In this document: piece by piece, positions 49,293 through 61,800 of the stretch
Position numbering within the stretch: the first letter of the stretch is position 1
How the letters are laid out: every line of letters starts with the position of its first letter
From: Lepidodermella squamata
Taxonomy: Eukaryota; Animalia; Gastrotricha
DNA length: 64,000 nucleotides
Direction: 5' to 3'
Assembly: GCA_047495785.1 (NCBI GenBank)
Contig: JBLDXI010000026.1
Span: 930,001 to 994,000, forward strand
Translations under genes and position numbers: made by a program
Notes under the pieces: model-generated
The model's input: the letters and a program-made list of their open reading frames with translations, nothing else
What the model was told of the DNA's origin: nothing
The model's database searches: none

Positions 49293-50652
49293 TTTGAAAA
49301 ATAAATAGGTTATGCCTGGTACATATTTACTTTATATATTGAGAATATTACTTTTTCTCTGATATTTTTATGTATTTTTGAATAGAAATCGATTAGTTTT
49401 TTCGCGAGTGTCTCTAATCCATGAAAGAACAGGGCAGACCTAATCCGCAACGAACGCAGCCTCAGGAAATTAAGCTTTTCGGTCTCGAAACGGCCAAAGT
49501 AAAACTACTGCTAATTCACCTAAGACCATCCGCTAACCCGATACAGAAACACCGTTGTCGCTTGGTAAAATAATTCGAAGATTGTTTATATCAAGTGTCG
49601 ACTTGGACAATTGTCAGTTATACGATGTCTTATGCGATGAATGGATGCTTTGGGTAGCGAGGGGAAACAGGTACGGTTGACAGGGCGCCGGGCGCCATTC
49701 CTGGCCGGACCTGGGACAAAATAGTGAAAAAGCAGACACAACTGTATTTACATGTTGCATTGTACAGCAGAAATGTGATTCTGCTGAAATAAGGGCATTA
49801 GGGCGCAATCCAATGTTTTGCAATTTTACCAGAATAGTGGGGCCCATTTAAGGCCATCGAGTCTTTAATTCGTTTTTATTCTTTGTTCAGTGGTGAATGT
49901 CCATGAAACACCGTAACTTGTGTTGCCAAAGCCGTATGGTTAAATCGCGGGAATGCATATGCGGTGACCGTACAGTTATATCTTGCATTTTCGAAGAAGA
50001 AACACGCCCGCGAAACAAATCGATAGCGCGCAGCAGAGGTAATTTTTATAAGAATCCGGTTTTTAAGGAACACCCTAGAAACGAAGTACATGCCCAGCAA
50101 CCTGCTTAGGCTGGATATGCGAGGAGGGCTGAGCTAATTTTGTCGGACTGACACTTTCAGGTTTTGACGATGTGTATCTCACTTCCCCACACATATCCAC
50201 ATACTCCAAATGTTTTCAATCAACTCAATTGAACCGTGTTTTCATTTTAGATTAATTGATAGACAAATCAGCTTGCTACTCGCTTGCAGTGCCAATTTAT
50301 TTTCACATTCATGCCATCTAGAAAATTCGAGAAAATACATATAAGATTAGTAGTCATTAGTCTTAAATATTCTCAAATTTCATAAGACAATTTGTTTGAT
50401 AGCAATTCGTCATCGCAAGCGCTGACAAAACAGTGATGTCTATACATTCGATTGAATCTAGATCAATAATCGACCCTAGCTAATCTGGATTTTTCTAATA
50501 CAGGACTTTAATTTGGCCAAAAACGTTTGCGTAGTATCAAGTATTACTTTAATTACGCGTAATTGGGTTTCCAAGTTGCAAATCGAACAAGGCGATTTTC
50601 ATACTCACATTTTGCAAGCAATCGCACAGACACAATCCAACTTGAAACCGCT

Positions 50653-52908
50653 ATGTTTCCTAAATTTCTGCTAGCAATCAGTTTGGTTGCTATCGCCGGA
50701 GGGCTAACAACATTCTCGGCAGCTCCTGATTTCTTCAACACGCCCCAAAAAAACGCAACAAAAACTCTCATAATTCCGAATTTGATCGTTTTTCCAACAA
50801 CAAACACCTGTAACATCACATCCAACATGTTGGCCGATCATGTCAACTCGAGGCCTGACTTTTTGCCCAACTATCTCGTAAAATTTGTTCCTGGTAACAG
50901 CCGAGCCGCTAATCAACAACTGATCCAGATAATGGAACGGACTAGCTATCCAAACAACACCTACATCGCTCCTACTATAACGGGGCCTGATGCCACTTGT
51001 GAAGAAGTTGCTAGAACGCTTCGGGGTATGCAAACCATTCTCTACTCCCCAACATGCGGAGGCCCGATTTTAGTCTCACGCCGGCCTGTCGATTTCAATA
51101 ACATGTTCTCGACGTCCTCCCCGACCGAACGCTACATCTACGCGGGGCTGGAGATAATGAAGAACATTGGAAAATGGAAAGAGGTCGCGATAGTCTATAG
51201 CACGGTTTCACGCAATACAGAGGTGTTAGCCAGGTCCTATCTCGACCTGTTTGACTCTAATGGCATTACCGTCAAACAGTTCATCTACTCCTATAGCACG
51301 GTCGATATAACAACCGAAGAATGGACAGCTTTGCGGGATACTGTTCGCATTATAGCAACTATATTGCCAGGAAATGAAGATTGCCGTAGATTCCTATGCC
51401 TAGCTTGGCGAAATGGCATCAGACCTCCCCGCTACGCCTTCATCATATGGAACACGCCCTGCCTGACTACATCCATCGACCCCACAACGCCGCCCGTCTT
51501 TTCGTGGTGTGACCAGGGCGTTTTCGATAAACAGCTGGAAGGTTCCTTCTCCATAGGAATTTCGGTTAATAGCAGCACAGCGCAGACTTCTTTCGGATAT
51601 TACGGGTCTGATCTTGATGTTGAACTCATGCGTAGGGCGAACAATAAAACCCATGACGACTATTTCCAGCGCTATGTCTGCCACGACGCCCTGATGGCGA
51701 CTTTAGTCACGCTAGACGATGCTGAGAAAACGTTGAACGCAAACTATTCTCTGACATTGAGTGATTTTGCCGATCCGCGTTACCGTAAGCTTGTAAACGT
51801 TGTAGTCAACGCATCGGCTGGTAGGATTGATTACTCTGGGCTGCGAACTGGTAGGACTAAGAAGGACATCAACGGCTTTGGAAATGAGAATATGCTGATT
51901 CTTCAAGCTCAAGGCAGGTTCCAGAGACTTGTAGTCGAGATTCAATATTTCAGCAAAACGGCGCCAAAAGTTTACGAACCTAAATATTGGAACACTCCCT
52001 ATTGGCCGGCAGGTAAGCCTGCCAAAGATCTTACTTACATTGAAGCCCGGTTACAATACTGCGGAGCTCGAATCTATGGTCCAGTAATAGCTTTAGCTTC
52101 CGCCATTTCGATATCTCAAATTGTTCTCTACACGAGATCTAACAAGGAAGTATTTTACGGAAAATTGAAACAGTTGGTGGTCCTCTTAAGTTGTTTGATT
52201 CTGAACGGTTCGGCTGTTTTCTTCATCGTTGGCCGCGATTTTGCGATGGAAATCGAGTGTAAACTGATGCCGTTTCTTACTGTAATTAGCCTAACACCCC
52301 TTCATGGACTATTGTTCTCGCAAATGTTAGCCTATAGCAAGCTGATAAAACTGAAAACGAAAACAGAAGCCAGACCCGGTCAAAATTCCGTTAAAATTGT
52401 TGTCCTCAAAAGCGAGCCTGCCCAGATAACAAAACTAATTTCTTTTATGTGGCTCAGTTCTGTTCTGCCTAGCTTGGCCACTCTTATCGCTTGGCTGCTC
52501 TTGGACCCGCCAAAGCTTATCTTCATCAAAGGTCCACTGTTGTTCGATGAAATAGCTGATACCTATTACATAAACGAAACGATCAGTTGCAAATCGCCAG
52601 ATCTATCTCTCGTGTGGTTTGCAATCCTCTTGGTTCTTCACTTTCTTCAATTGTTGCTCGCGAATTTCTTCTCGTTTAGCATCAATCGACGAAAAATGCC
52701 GGACAGATTTGCCTTTTCAGTGAAAATGTTCCGCTTAGCGACGATTTTCGCCTTAACATTCGCAGCTGGCAGTGTTTTGGCTGTGATTGTGGTGTCAAAC
52801 GTGCAGACGCCTTGCATTGACAAGGCTATGGTGGCATATTGCGAACTTATTTATTCGGCTATCATTGCACTAGTTCTGTTTTTCCCTGCGAAAAGCGGCA
52901 CAAACTAA
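50653..52908 (+). CDS. Second intronless class C GPCR, GABA-B-receptor-like
   Basis: Signal peptide MFPKFLLAISLVAIAG; VNSRPDFLPNY, GKWKEVAIV, GIRPPRYAFI and RYVCHDAL (compare RYLCHDSA in 38611-41007); 7TM with WLLLDP. Confidence 0.85.
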   Translation: MFPKFLLAISLVAIAGGLTTFSAAPDFFNTPQKNATKTLIIPNLIVFPTTNTCNITSNMLADHVNSRPDFLPNYLVKFVPGNSRAANQQLIQIMERTSYPNNTYIAPTITGPDATCEEVARTLRGMQTILYSPTCGGPILVSRRPVDFNNMFSTSSPTERYIYAGLEIMKNIGKWKEVAIVYSTVSRNTEVLARSYLDLFDSNGITVKQFIYSYSTVDITTEEWTALRDTVRIIATILPGNEDCRRFLCLAWRNGIRPPRYAFIIWNTPCLTTSIDPTTPPVFSWCDQGVFDKQLEGSFSIGISVNSSTAQTSFGYYGSDLDVELMRRANNKTHDDYFQRYVCHDALMATLVTLDDAEKTLNANYSLTLSDFADPRYRKLVNVVVNASAGRIDYSGLRTGRTKKDINGFGNENMLILQAQGRFQRLVVEIQYFSKTAPKVYEPKYWNTPYWPAGKPAKDLTYIEARLQYCGARIYGPVIALASAISISQIVLYTRSNKEVFYGKLKQLVVLLSCLILNGSAVFFIVGRDFAMEIECKLMPFLTVISLTPLHGLLFSQMLAYSKLIKLKTKTEARPGQNSVKIVVLKSEPAQITKLISFMWLSSVLPSLATLIAWLLLDPPKLIFIKGPLLFDEIADTYYINETISCKSPDLSLVWFAILLVLHFLQLLLANFFSFSINRRKMPDRFAFSVKMFRLATIFALTFAAGSVLAVIVVSNVQTPCIDKAMVAYCELIYSAIIALVLFFPAKSGTN

Positions 52909-53195
52909 AAGTTGTGAGGTCGCAGTATCAAACCAAATCGGATATAAATGAAGGAATTGAAATTTGACGATCTGGCGAGTGTTTGCTGAAAGGCTGGACT
53001 CATAATTGTTAGGTAGTTTATTCAGTGTCGTCGTTGAACTTTTCGGTTCTGCTGATCCTAGAACGTGCTGTTGATGTTCACATTCCTTTCTCATTCGAAG
53101 TAATTTTAATATAAACTGTCAAGTTGGGCAATTTCCAGTCTTATATGGTATCATGAAGTAGTAAAGTTAAGTGATGATTGTTCAAGAACTGACGG

Positions 53196-53368
53196 AGTGG
53201 GTAGAGAGTCTAGCCTTGTGGCTGCTAAGGGAACCTTCCTGCAGACTAATTTCTGCAGGAAAGCCTTTCGGAATAAGCTGTTGCCCACAAAGTATATATG
53301 AGGAAATTTGCGCAGTACTCAACGATTGAGAGCAGTAACACGGCTGAATATAATTGCCGCAAGGTTTG
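53196..53368 (-). pseudogene. Third, frameshifted copy of the class A GPCR last exon
   Basis: Plus-strand CTGTTGCCCACAAAGTA...GCGCAGTA...TGAATATAATTGCCGCAAGGTTT matches 48267-48353 with a small indel (TATATATG). Confidence 0.7.
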
Positions 53369-54680
53369 TTTGTTAGTTAGCCAGTTAGTTTTATTTTTGC
53401 TCCCAACATGTTACAGGTTTTTAGGTATGAAAACGCCATCTGGTATGTTCGCTTGAGACGAGAAAGAGACGATAAGCGCTCAACCGCCTCGTAATGGTCG
53501 GGTGAGAGCGTCAAATTAAAATTATTTTAATTCTTGTTTTGCTTTTTCTTTGTTGTTATTTTGATTTTGTTGTTTTTCTTCTATACTTCTAGTGTGATGA
53601 TGGTACGAGAGCGTACCAAAACGTCACGCCTTAAAAATAAAATTTCATCGCTATACTCAATTCGTTTTTTATGAGAATTTACCCTACGAGAGTGTTCACT
53701 TCAACATGGGAGAGGTGATTTGCATTATATGTACATTATGATATAATATTGAAACGCAAGTATTAATCATATTTATCAATCGAAAGGGGCCCATGGCGGT
53801 CCTTTTTACAGCGAATAGGCGATTTATCGTAAATAAATAAGTCAATAGGCGTCAATAAAAACGCTCTGAGAGTATCATCCTTGTATCTTCTCACGCAGAC
53901 GCCTGTACTAGTCAGGGTGCAAGAGGCGCGGATCATCTTGCCGTGACGTGTATAGACACCCAAAAACGAATGTCAGTCAACTCAAGTTATTGATGTTTAC
54001 GACTTATAGTTCGTATACGTGTAAGGAGAATATTGAAAATTAAACGCTGTGTTGTTGAATGACACGCCTGTTATCCAGTGATAGGCGTTCAGGTCTCGAC
54101 GTTTTCCACCGATTTAGAATTCAGCAACACCAGGATCCACGGCAAATGACGCGTTATATGAGACCGAAATCCGGGAAATCAACGTGAAATCAACCGGAAA
54201 TATTATTAACAGCAAAGAAAAAGGAGAGTCATGGGCGACCCAGGGCCTTGAAATGTCCTCCTTCTCGGAGAAGGTTTAACGTGGGTTTCCTTCCCCTGGT
54301 CGATGTTTTTGGTTTTATCAACCAGGGGACTTTGCCTGATTCATGGATGACGATGTTCGTGTTGTGCTTGCTTGCAGCAGCAGTGAAATAATCGTCTTCT
54401 TGAAAGCCATCATTCGGGTTTTCCTTCTTTATCCTTCTTTACTTCTGCGACAAGACTTTCCCCAAGTCATCTTGGGGTATTTCTTCGCATGATAATAGGA
54501 AACATTGCCCCCTCGAGCTTTCGCCGCCTCAATGCAGCTCCCATCGGAAGAGCTCATAAGGGTTGACGGTGACGACATTATTTGTTAGTGCATGTTTGTG
54601 TCTTTGTTAAGCAGTTGAAAATTTTAAAACTGTTTTGTTTACGGCTTGAAAAGCTAAATATCATAATAATCAATTCGTTA

Positions 54681-55714
54681 CCGTCAGTTGGGGCTATCAG
54701 GACGGCGAAAAAAAATTACCCCCTGCTTTTTTTGCATTTTTACACGTTTCAGAAGGTCCTGATTCCAATGGCACCAGGATTCCGAATAGCCCCACGGATG
54801 GGGCTATTCGGACAGGTGTGGGGCTATTAATGATACATAAATATTCAATTCAAATTTTACTGATATGTTGGGCTCAGCGGTCGAGTGGCTTTGGATGTGC
54901 TTCTAGAAAGCACAGCAAAGTACAAAACGAGGGTTCGAGTCCGCAGGCCACGAAACAATTTTTTTTCCAAACAAAAGTTGGTATTTTTTTGCAATTATTC
55001 GAATGCAGTGCATATCGATGGTTTTTAGCTTAGTTAGTTTTTTAATTAGCAGTAGTAAATTAGCGAATTTTCAATTCATGCCACGAGCATGGTGCTAACG
55101 AGCACAAGCCTTTCATTCGGTTAACTTCGGGCAGCGATTACGCAACTTCGGTGGCCGAAAACTTCGGCCGTCTCCGAAGTAGTTTGTGAACGCACTATAA
55201 TGAAAAGGTTTACAAACATCTTAAATTCGAAGTATGCCTCAATTGCTGAGAAACTTGTCAACTACAAAGCTTATTAGAATATTCCAATTCTGCCGCATTT
55301 CTCTGCTCCGATTGCCCCACAACCTCATTTTTTCGTGGGGCTATTCGGACGCAATTAATTAGACAAAAGTATGAGTCGGATCGGGGCGGTTTAAATTTTC
55401 ATGGGTGCCCTATCATCTGTAGGTTCAGAAAAAATTGATCGCAGGTCCAGCAAAATTCTCATCTGGCCCAGGTAATTCAACGCAGAACAGTGCCTAAACT
55501 GAGTTAAACTTACACCTGAAAGGTAAGCCCATGTCTTCACAACCACTTACTCTCAGGTCATGAAATTTTTATGGCATGTGGGTCGTCTTTCCACCTAACT
55601 CCGTGCAAAATTTCATTGCTAACGGCCGGGTAGTTTTGGAGCCATGCTCATTCTCCCGTTTGCATGAACATTCGTCCGAATAGCCCCAATGACCCAGATT
55701 ACCCCAACTGACGG
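54681..55714. mobile_element. Diverged member of the CCGT-TIR pogo-like MITE family
   Basis: TA|CCGTCAGTTGGGGCTATC ... ATTACCCCAACTGACGG|TA. Shares AAAAAAATTACCC...GCATTTTTACACGTTTC with the 8471 and 20176 ends. Confidence 0.8.
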
Positions 55715-56599
55715 TATTAATTTAGTATTTGCTGCGGAAAAAACGCTGATTTGCGGCGAAAAGAAAGTGATACTGCGAGAAAAAAAAATTGCTGCGGAAA
55801 GAACAAATTTGCTGCGGAAAGAAAAAAATTGCTGCGGAATAAGGTATCTTTCCTTTTTGTTAGTTCGGAAAAATTTTGAAACTGCGAAAATTCGAAATAC
55901 GAGCATAACAGGATGATACCCAGTCCAAACTTACAGCGCGCATCATCATCAGCAATAAAGGGACTACAGGGTGTTCTTTTTAAAACCGAAAATCCGCCGC
56001 GCGCGTTGGAAAATCGCGTGCTACCGCAAATTTCTATGCACAAAATTAAATATCCTTTTAAAAATATTTTTATTTTATTATATTAATAATTTTTTTTAAA
56101 TAAAAATTTTGTTGCTACGGAAAAGCGTGCTGCGCGATGCCGCGCGTTTTCGCGTTGTAGCCGCTCCGCGCACCGCAAGTTCCCCGGCGCGCAACTTCAT
56201 CCCCGTAATTCCGTATTTTATCACCGGTGACGACACCTTTGTTAGTGTTTTTCTGATAGCATTTCAAGCATTTAATAAGGCAGCCGGCGTCATTTTTTCT
56301 AAATATGGCTCAATTAGACGTATGCGCTAAGCCTAAACAAGCCATTTTTATGCCGTTTTTCGCAGATCTTAAGCGTTTAACCCCGGAAACTTTCACATAA
56401 GTGCGGTTATACCTTGCGGAAACAGTGTTTCTAAGTACAGTAATGTATTCTCTACAAGATTACCACAGCCGTTTTTGTAGGATGATGGTTATTTTTAGCA
56501 CGTCTGCCCTAACAGCCAGCCGGTCTTTCAGAGCATAGATCTCATTATCACCATCTTCAAGGAGGTCTATGCCTTCAAATCACCCGTCAAAAACACTGT

Positions 56600-57720
56600 C
56601 TCTCTTTGTTTTCTTGTAAAGCAGAGTAAATACTACTTAGTTACCGTTACTTTTTGGAGGGTCACCGCGGTTTTTCACTTGCTGCTGCTATGGATGCATT
56701 CTGTCGATAAATGGAGTTTTTCGGGATATTCGGAACATTTACAGTGTTAGCAAACAATTCAGCGGTCAAATGGGGGCTCAAATGAGTGAATTCACTAGGA
56801 GACGTAAATACTTTGACAATGAAACAAGAAAAAGTCGGTGTTGCCATACTAACTCGTGAGCAGGAGGGACTTCCTTCTGCCATACCTGCTGTGTTAGATC
56901 TCATCCTCTGGCCAGATGAACGATCTTCAAGATGATACATGTCATGAATTTTGCTTAATTAGCATTGTTACTCATTGTTTTCTGGTAGAATAGAGTGTAA
57001 ATTTCTTAGTTACCATGTCTTTTTGGGGGGTCACCGTGGTTTTTCTCGTTTTACGGCTTAGGATGCATTTAGACGTTAAAATGGAGTTATTCGGGTTTAT
57101 CGGAACATTTATTGATGCTGGGAAATAATCAACGGTCAGATATGGGTAAAATTGGGGGATTTTGCTTGGAGACTATATCAATATGACGACAAAGCAGAAA
57201 AAAGCTAGTGTTGCCGCCGTAATTCGAGCGCAGGATCGACTTTCGTCTGCCCTACACACTCTGGTTAGACGTCATCATTGAGTCAGATCAGCAACCTTAA
57301 GGATAGCCCATTTCATGAAATAATCTGGTAAGAACAATCTTTCTCATGGTTTTCTTGTAGAATAAACTGTATATTTCTTAGTTACCATTACTTTTAGGTT
57401 GGACAACGCGGTTTTCCGCTTTAAGTGGCTTGGCATGCATTTTTCGGGTTTTTTCGGGTTTTCCGGGATATTTTTGGTCGTAGCAAATAATTTAGCGGTT
57501 AAATTTTGGCCAACACAAGTGAACTTGCTAAGAGAAGATGTCAGTTTGACAATAAAGCAGAAAAATGCTGGTGTTGCCGCCCTAACTCGAGCGCTGGGTC
57601 GGCTTTCTGATACCATACCATCCTTGTTAGAGGACGTTTCAACGCGTTGTAGCCGCAATCCTTCTTGATTTATGGGGCCATATGACGTCGATGCATGAAT
57701 TTTAGGCATTGTGTGAATAT
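56600..57720. repeat. Three diverged ~370-bp tandem units
   Basis: CTTAGTTACC recurs at ~56636, ~57005 and ~57377; GTGTTGCC...AA(C/T)TCG at ~56838, ~57208 and ~57572; CATGAA near each unit end. Confidence 0.75.
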
Positions 57721-58499
57721 ATTGCTTTAATCGTGTTAAAATTCTGCAAAAGACTTTACCCGTTGACACATTTCAGCCGCTGCTACTGGTTTTCAGCGGT
57801 CGCATTAGGGCTAAGGTTTGAAATCGTTTGTTTTCGCTTATTCTTCTATTTCTCCGGGAAATTCAGCGGGTGAGGCGCGTTATATTATTGTGATTTATTG
57901 CGCTTGAAGTTACATCAATCAAATAGTTTACCACTAAAATATTACAAGAAACGTAAAATCTATGCGAGAATGCTGGACTGTTCTTACAGGACGCGTAGAA
58001 TCAGAGATCAAAGGGATGCATATAAAAGACAAAGACTGGCGTGGTGTTAAACTTGCTTTGTTACCGCAGTCTCACAAACAGTTACACCCGCCCGCAACTG
58101 CGGTTACCGCAGGGAAATTGATGACAGGACACGGGCATCACCACGGAATATTCCCGCCGCTGCCCTGCGCCGCCGCAAACGAGTGATCAATGTCTGAATA
58201 AGATCTCGGTTATCAGTCCTAAGCGTTGTCTTAGTCATCGGCTGTTTTCAAATCTCCGGCGGATCCAGTGATACCAATGAATTTTTCGCCGAAAATGATG
58301 CTAAATTCTCACTCTTAACGACTCACGCCGCGCGCCGGATGCTGCCAATGATGTTAAAGTTTACATGACGTTTTGTTAAACACTCAACTTGATCTGAATG
58401 GTGCAAATAAACGGCTGTTCATAGCCTAGCGATGTTGATTTTCCATGCTATGGATGTTAAGGATGCATTTATAGATGCTAAGCGCTCTCTTTACTTGAA

Positions 58500-58812
58500 A
58501 GCAATCTTGCTATAAGCAATTCCTTACTAAGGATGTCCTTACTAAGCAAGACATCCTTAGCAAGATGGCTTCCAAGTAAGGACGCGGTGTCACTGGTATG
58601 CTTGGTAGGAATGGCTTACTCAACAATCCTTACTCAGACTTCGCCGCTTCAGACTGAGCGATCTAAGGATCTGATCTCAGATGGACCTGTGCACCTTAAA
58701 AGACGCAGCGTAGAGTGAAGAGTGAGTGTCCATAGTTATGACTATTAAGATGACAGTCCTTACTAAGCACCAAGCTACGCTGACTTGTAAACCACTATCC
58801 TTAGTAAGGAAC
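58500..58812. repeat. Cluster of short quasi-palindromic TCCTTA(C/G)TAAG(G/C)A motifs
   Basis: About 8 variant copies, e.g. TCCTTACTAAGGA, TCCTTACTAAGCA, TCCTTAGTAAGGA. Confidence 0.6.
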
Positions 58813-61800
58813 ATGACTGATGTTACGAACAGCAGTAAACGAAATAAACTGAGCGGCTAAACCATCGTAATCTAAAATACCTTGTATTTTTTCTTTTTGA
58901 TATTATGAACATGTTCTACGAGACAGCTTTGATGATAACGGTGGTAACGCCTTTGAGATCAGCTTTGATTAGTCTATAGAAGTTAGCTACGGCATCACTG
59001 CGGACGACGAAGTATCACACAAGGATGAGAGAACATCAAGGATAAAGAAGGAAGGCAACGTGTCTTCCGCATCAGCAACATCTATGCCAGTAAATTCGAC
59101 ATGTTTCCCCCCAGCTTTCCGTTTATTTACATGATACCACTGCCCTTTTCATCGTGTAACAGCTAGTTGCATTGCATTTCGCCCAGAAAAGCGTGCGTTT
59201 CTCTGATCCGCGGACTGAAACTTGAGCGACAAGTTATCAAGACCGCTTGTTATATCATTAGACTCCTCAAGACAGCAAAAAACCACGTTGCACCGCCGTC
59301 TTCTTGATTCCAGCGGTGGATTTCAACGGCAAGGAACCGCAATTTAAGGCTCTTTTTACCGATTTTGGGTATACCACATTGCGAAAACTGAGACCGAATA
59401 AGAAAAAACGGCGCGGCTAAAACATTAAGCTCGCTTAACTGACTTGAATGATGCGCGGCAAGGAGCCGCGCGCTTGCCGGTTACCTTAGGAACCAGGCGC
59501 GAAAACCCTGATTTCAGGCGTTTTAACCGCTAAAATTTAAAAACCGACGCGTCGACGTGGCAACGCGCGGTAAAATTCAAGGGCATCGCGCAATTGAAAA
59601 TAAAATTAAAAATAATTATTAAAAGTGATAAAAAATTATTTTAGTAAAATTATTTTTGTAAAATAGCCGGCAAATTTATTTTTCGCGACTACGGCAGGAT
59701 GTTCGGTTTTACGATCGTGGCGCAGCATAAGGTCATAACTCATTTCTTTACTCGGGAAACGTCAAATTTAACTAGAAAAAACAGCAAATCAGCCTCGGAA
59801 TATATACTTGAAGTCTGATGAGTGTCACTACCTTCAGTGATTGTTAGGGCGTGTTAATTGATGCCGTTCGATGTTACTCACAATAATAAATGAACAGTGC
59901 TTTCATGCATAATATAATGCGAGTGCGCGCATAAGTAATAAATGGATAGCTCTTTATACGTATAATATAATGATTAGCGCGTGTTCGCATTCGTATAGAG
60001 GGCACCAGACGCGATAACAGGCGATGGTTTAACCGATCAAACCGCGGATGTTTCATCTTCATTCACCCTAACGCTGGACCAGAGATTAGCTACTACTACA
60101 TTTATCCAGAATTCCAAAGTAGCAGTAAATACCTAATTGAACACTTCAGAAGAAACACCATTTTCAAAAGCCGAATCGATTCCGCTGCTGCTATCGAAAA
60201 CATTAGGCCTTCTTAGATATTTTGAAGGCCTTGATGGCCTTCGATCATATGATACACAAGAAAAGATCAGTTTTGCAATATGCGCAGTTTATTAGAATCC
60301 TTCATCAATTCGACAAGAATAAACTGGTAAAATCATCATCATAACATTCTGTTCCTGAGCAGTTCAAAGCGATTTCAAAGCGGTCAGTAGAGACGGGTGA
60401 ATTTTAAATCTCCCAAACTGAATTGCCGCACGCCGTACCCACAATTGTATCCGAGTAGATGTTTTGTAAGGAGCTTTGTAGCCATGTTAGGCTCGAAAGG
60501 TATTCAGTATACACGGAAAAGGCCGTGTAGCCGTTGGAGTGAGGAAGCATGCACAGCATACACAGCCGGCCCAGCCGGACCGCTGTTACGTGAAGATCGA
60601 ATTCTCGCCCTACTCCGGGCTTCGAACAGTTCGGCCCATCCATAACGGCTCGATTGGCGTCTCCTCCTCTTATTCTGGTTGTCGATGATGGCAGTTCTTC
60701 GACCGCCATGGTAGCCATAGTTCACCATTTGATTTCCACAGCCATTATTAGCTGCTGTTTCAAAGCAACTGTAGCTTGTATCAGCCACCTTCGCGACTGT
60801 TTTAGTCTTTAATTGCAAGTTTCCTCGAAATTGTATCCTTAATTTGATGGCAGAGCTTCGGAAAGATTAATCCAATGAAACTGCATCAATCTCCGAATCA
60901 TTGCAGAGAGAAAGCAAAGATAGATGGTAAATCCCTTCGCGCCATATAGGCTAACTGCAATTTTGTTTCGATGGCTTGCGGGCTATGAACGCGCACAAGA
61001 CTGCGCTTCAATGGGCGAATAAATCTCAAACTTGTCGATTATAAGCGACATACTTTTCAGCAATCTCGCAATGTTACCTATTAGAAACAGATGACATGTT
61101 TGGCATTGGCTAGACTTGGAATAAGATTATTCTCACCTTACAAATGATATCTTCCAAATGAACCTTCCTCGTTAAAAAATGATGAAGTCAATCCATAAAA
61201 AGCTGAAGATCGATCCTTAACACCGTGGATTCTAAACATCGATAGATCGATTAATTTGTTAAATTGAAGGCCACTTCAGATGCAAAATTCAGTATCGGAA
61301 TTGGAATGGGTTGGCGCAATGCTAAACGCCAAAAAGAATCGCGAAGAGTCATTATGTTTCCACTGAACAGAGGATGTTGGATAACTTCTTCTCGTTTTAA
61401 GTCTACTCGGAGGAAAAAATTGTACTCGATGGCTCAGTACAGTCAATTTTTCGAATGATGGCCCCGAACATTCGCTAATATTTCGTTAAACCGTGGCAAG
61501 TTCGAGCAGTGAGTCATATAATCCCGAGCCAGGGTTCCCGCTTGTTTAGCTTCGTCCCATTGATTTTCAGCCTCGAACCAATTCAAGAACGGCGCAAAGT
61601 ATGTGCTTGAACATGGCCTGGGCATTTGGTAGTTGGCTAGGGTTCCTTTCCGAATGATTGACTCCGATGGCTGGCTGGCCGATGCATTTTCGTTGCCAAC
61701 AACCCCAGATTATCATCAAATACCAGGCTAGCGCTGAGTCCGAATCCCGAGGAAATCTAATCATTCTTTGAGGCGGCAGCTTTTTGAAGTTGGGTGGAGA

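Noticed and set aside
50563-50652. TTG-initiated N-terminal extension of the class C GPCR (likewise the 46004 and 45711 starts)
   Set aside because: In a eukaryote the downstream ATGs (50653, 46040, 45609) are more plausible starts; those at 50653 and 45609 directly precede signal peptides.
60404-60818. Degenerate ankyrin-like peptide (ETAANNGC, GWAEL, AVHASS)
   Set aside because: Similarity is too weak and fragmentary to support without a profile search.
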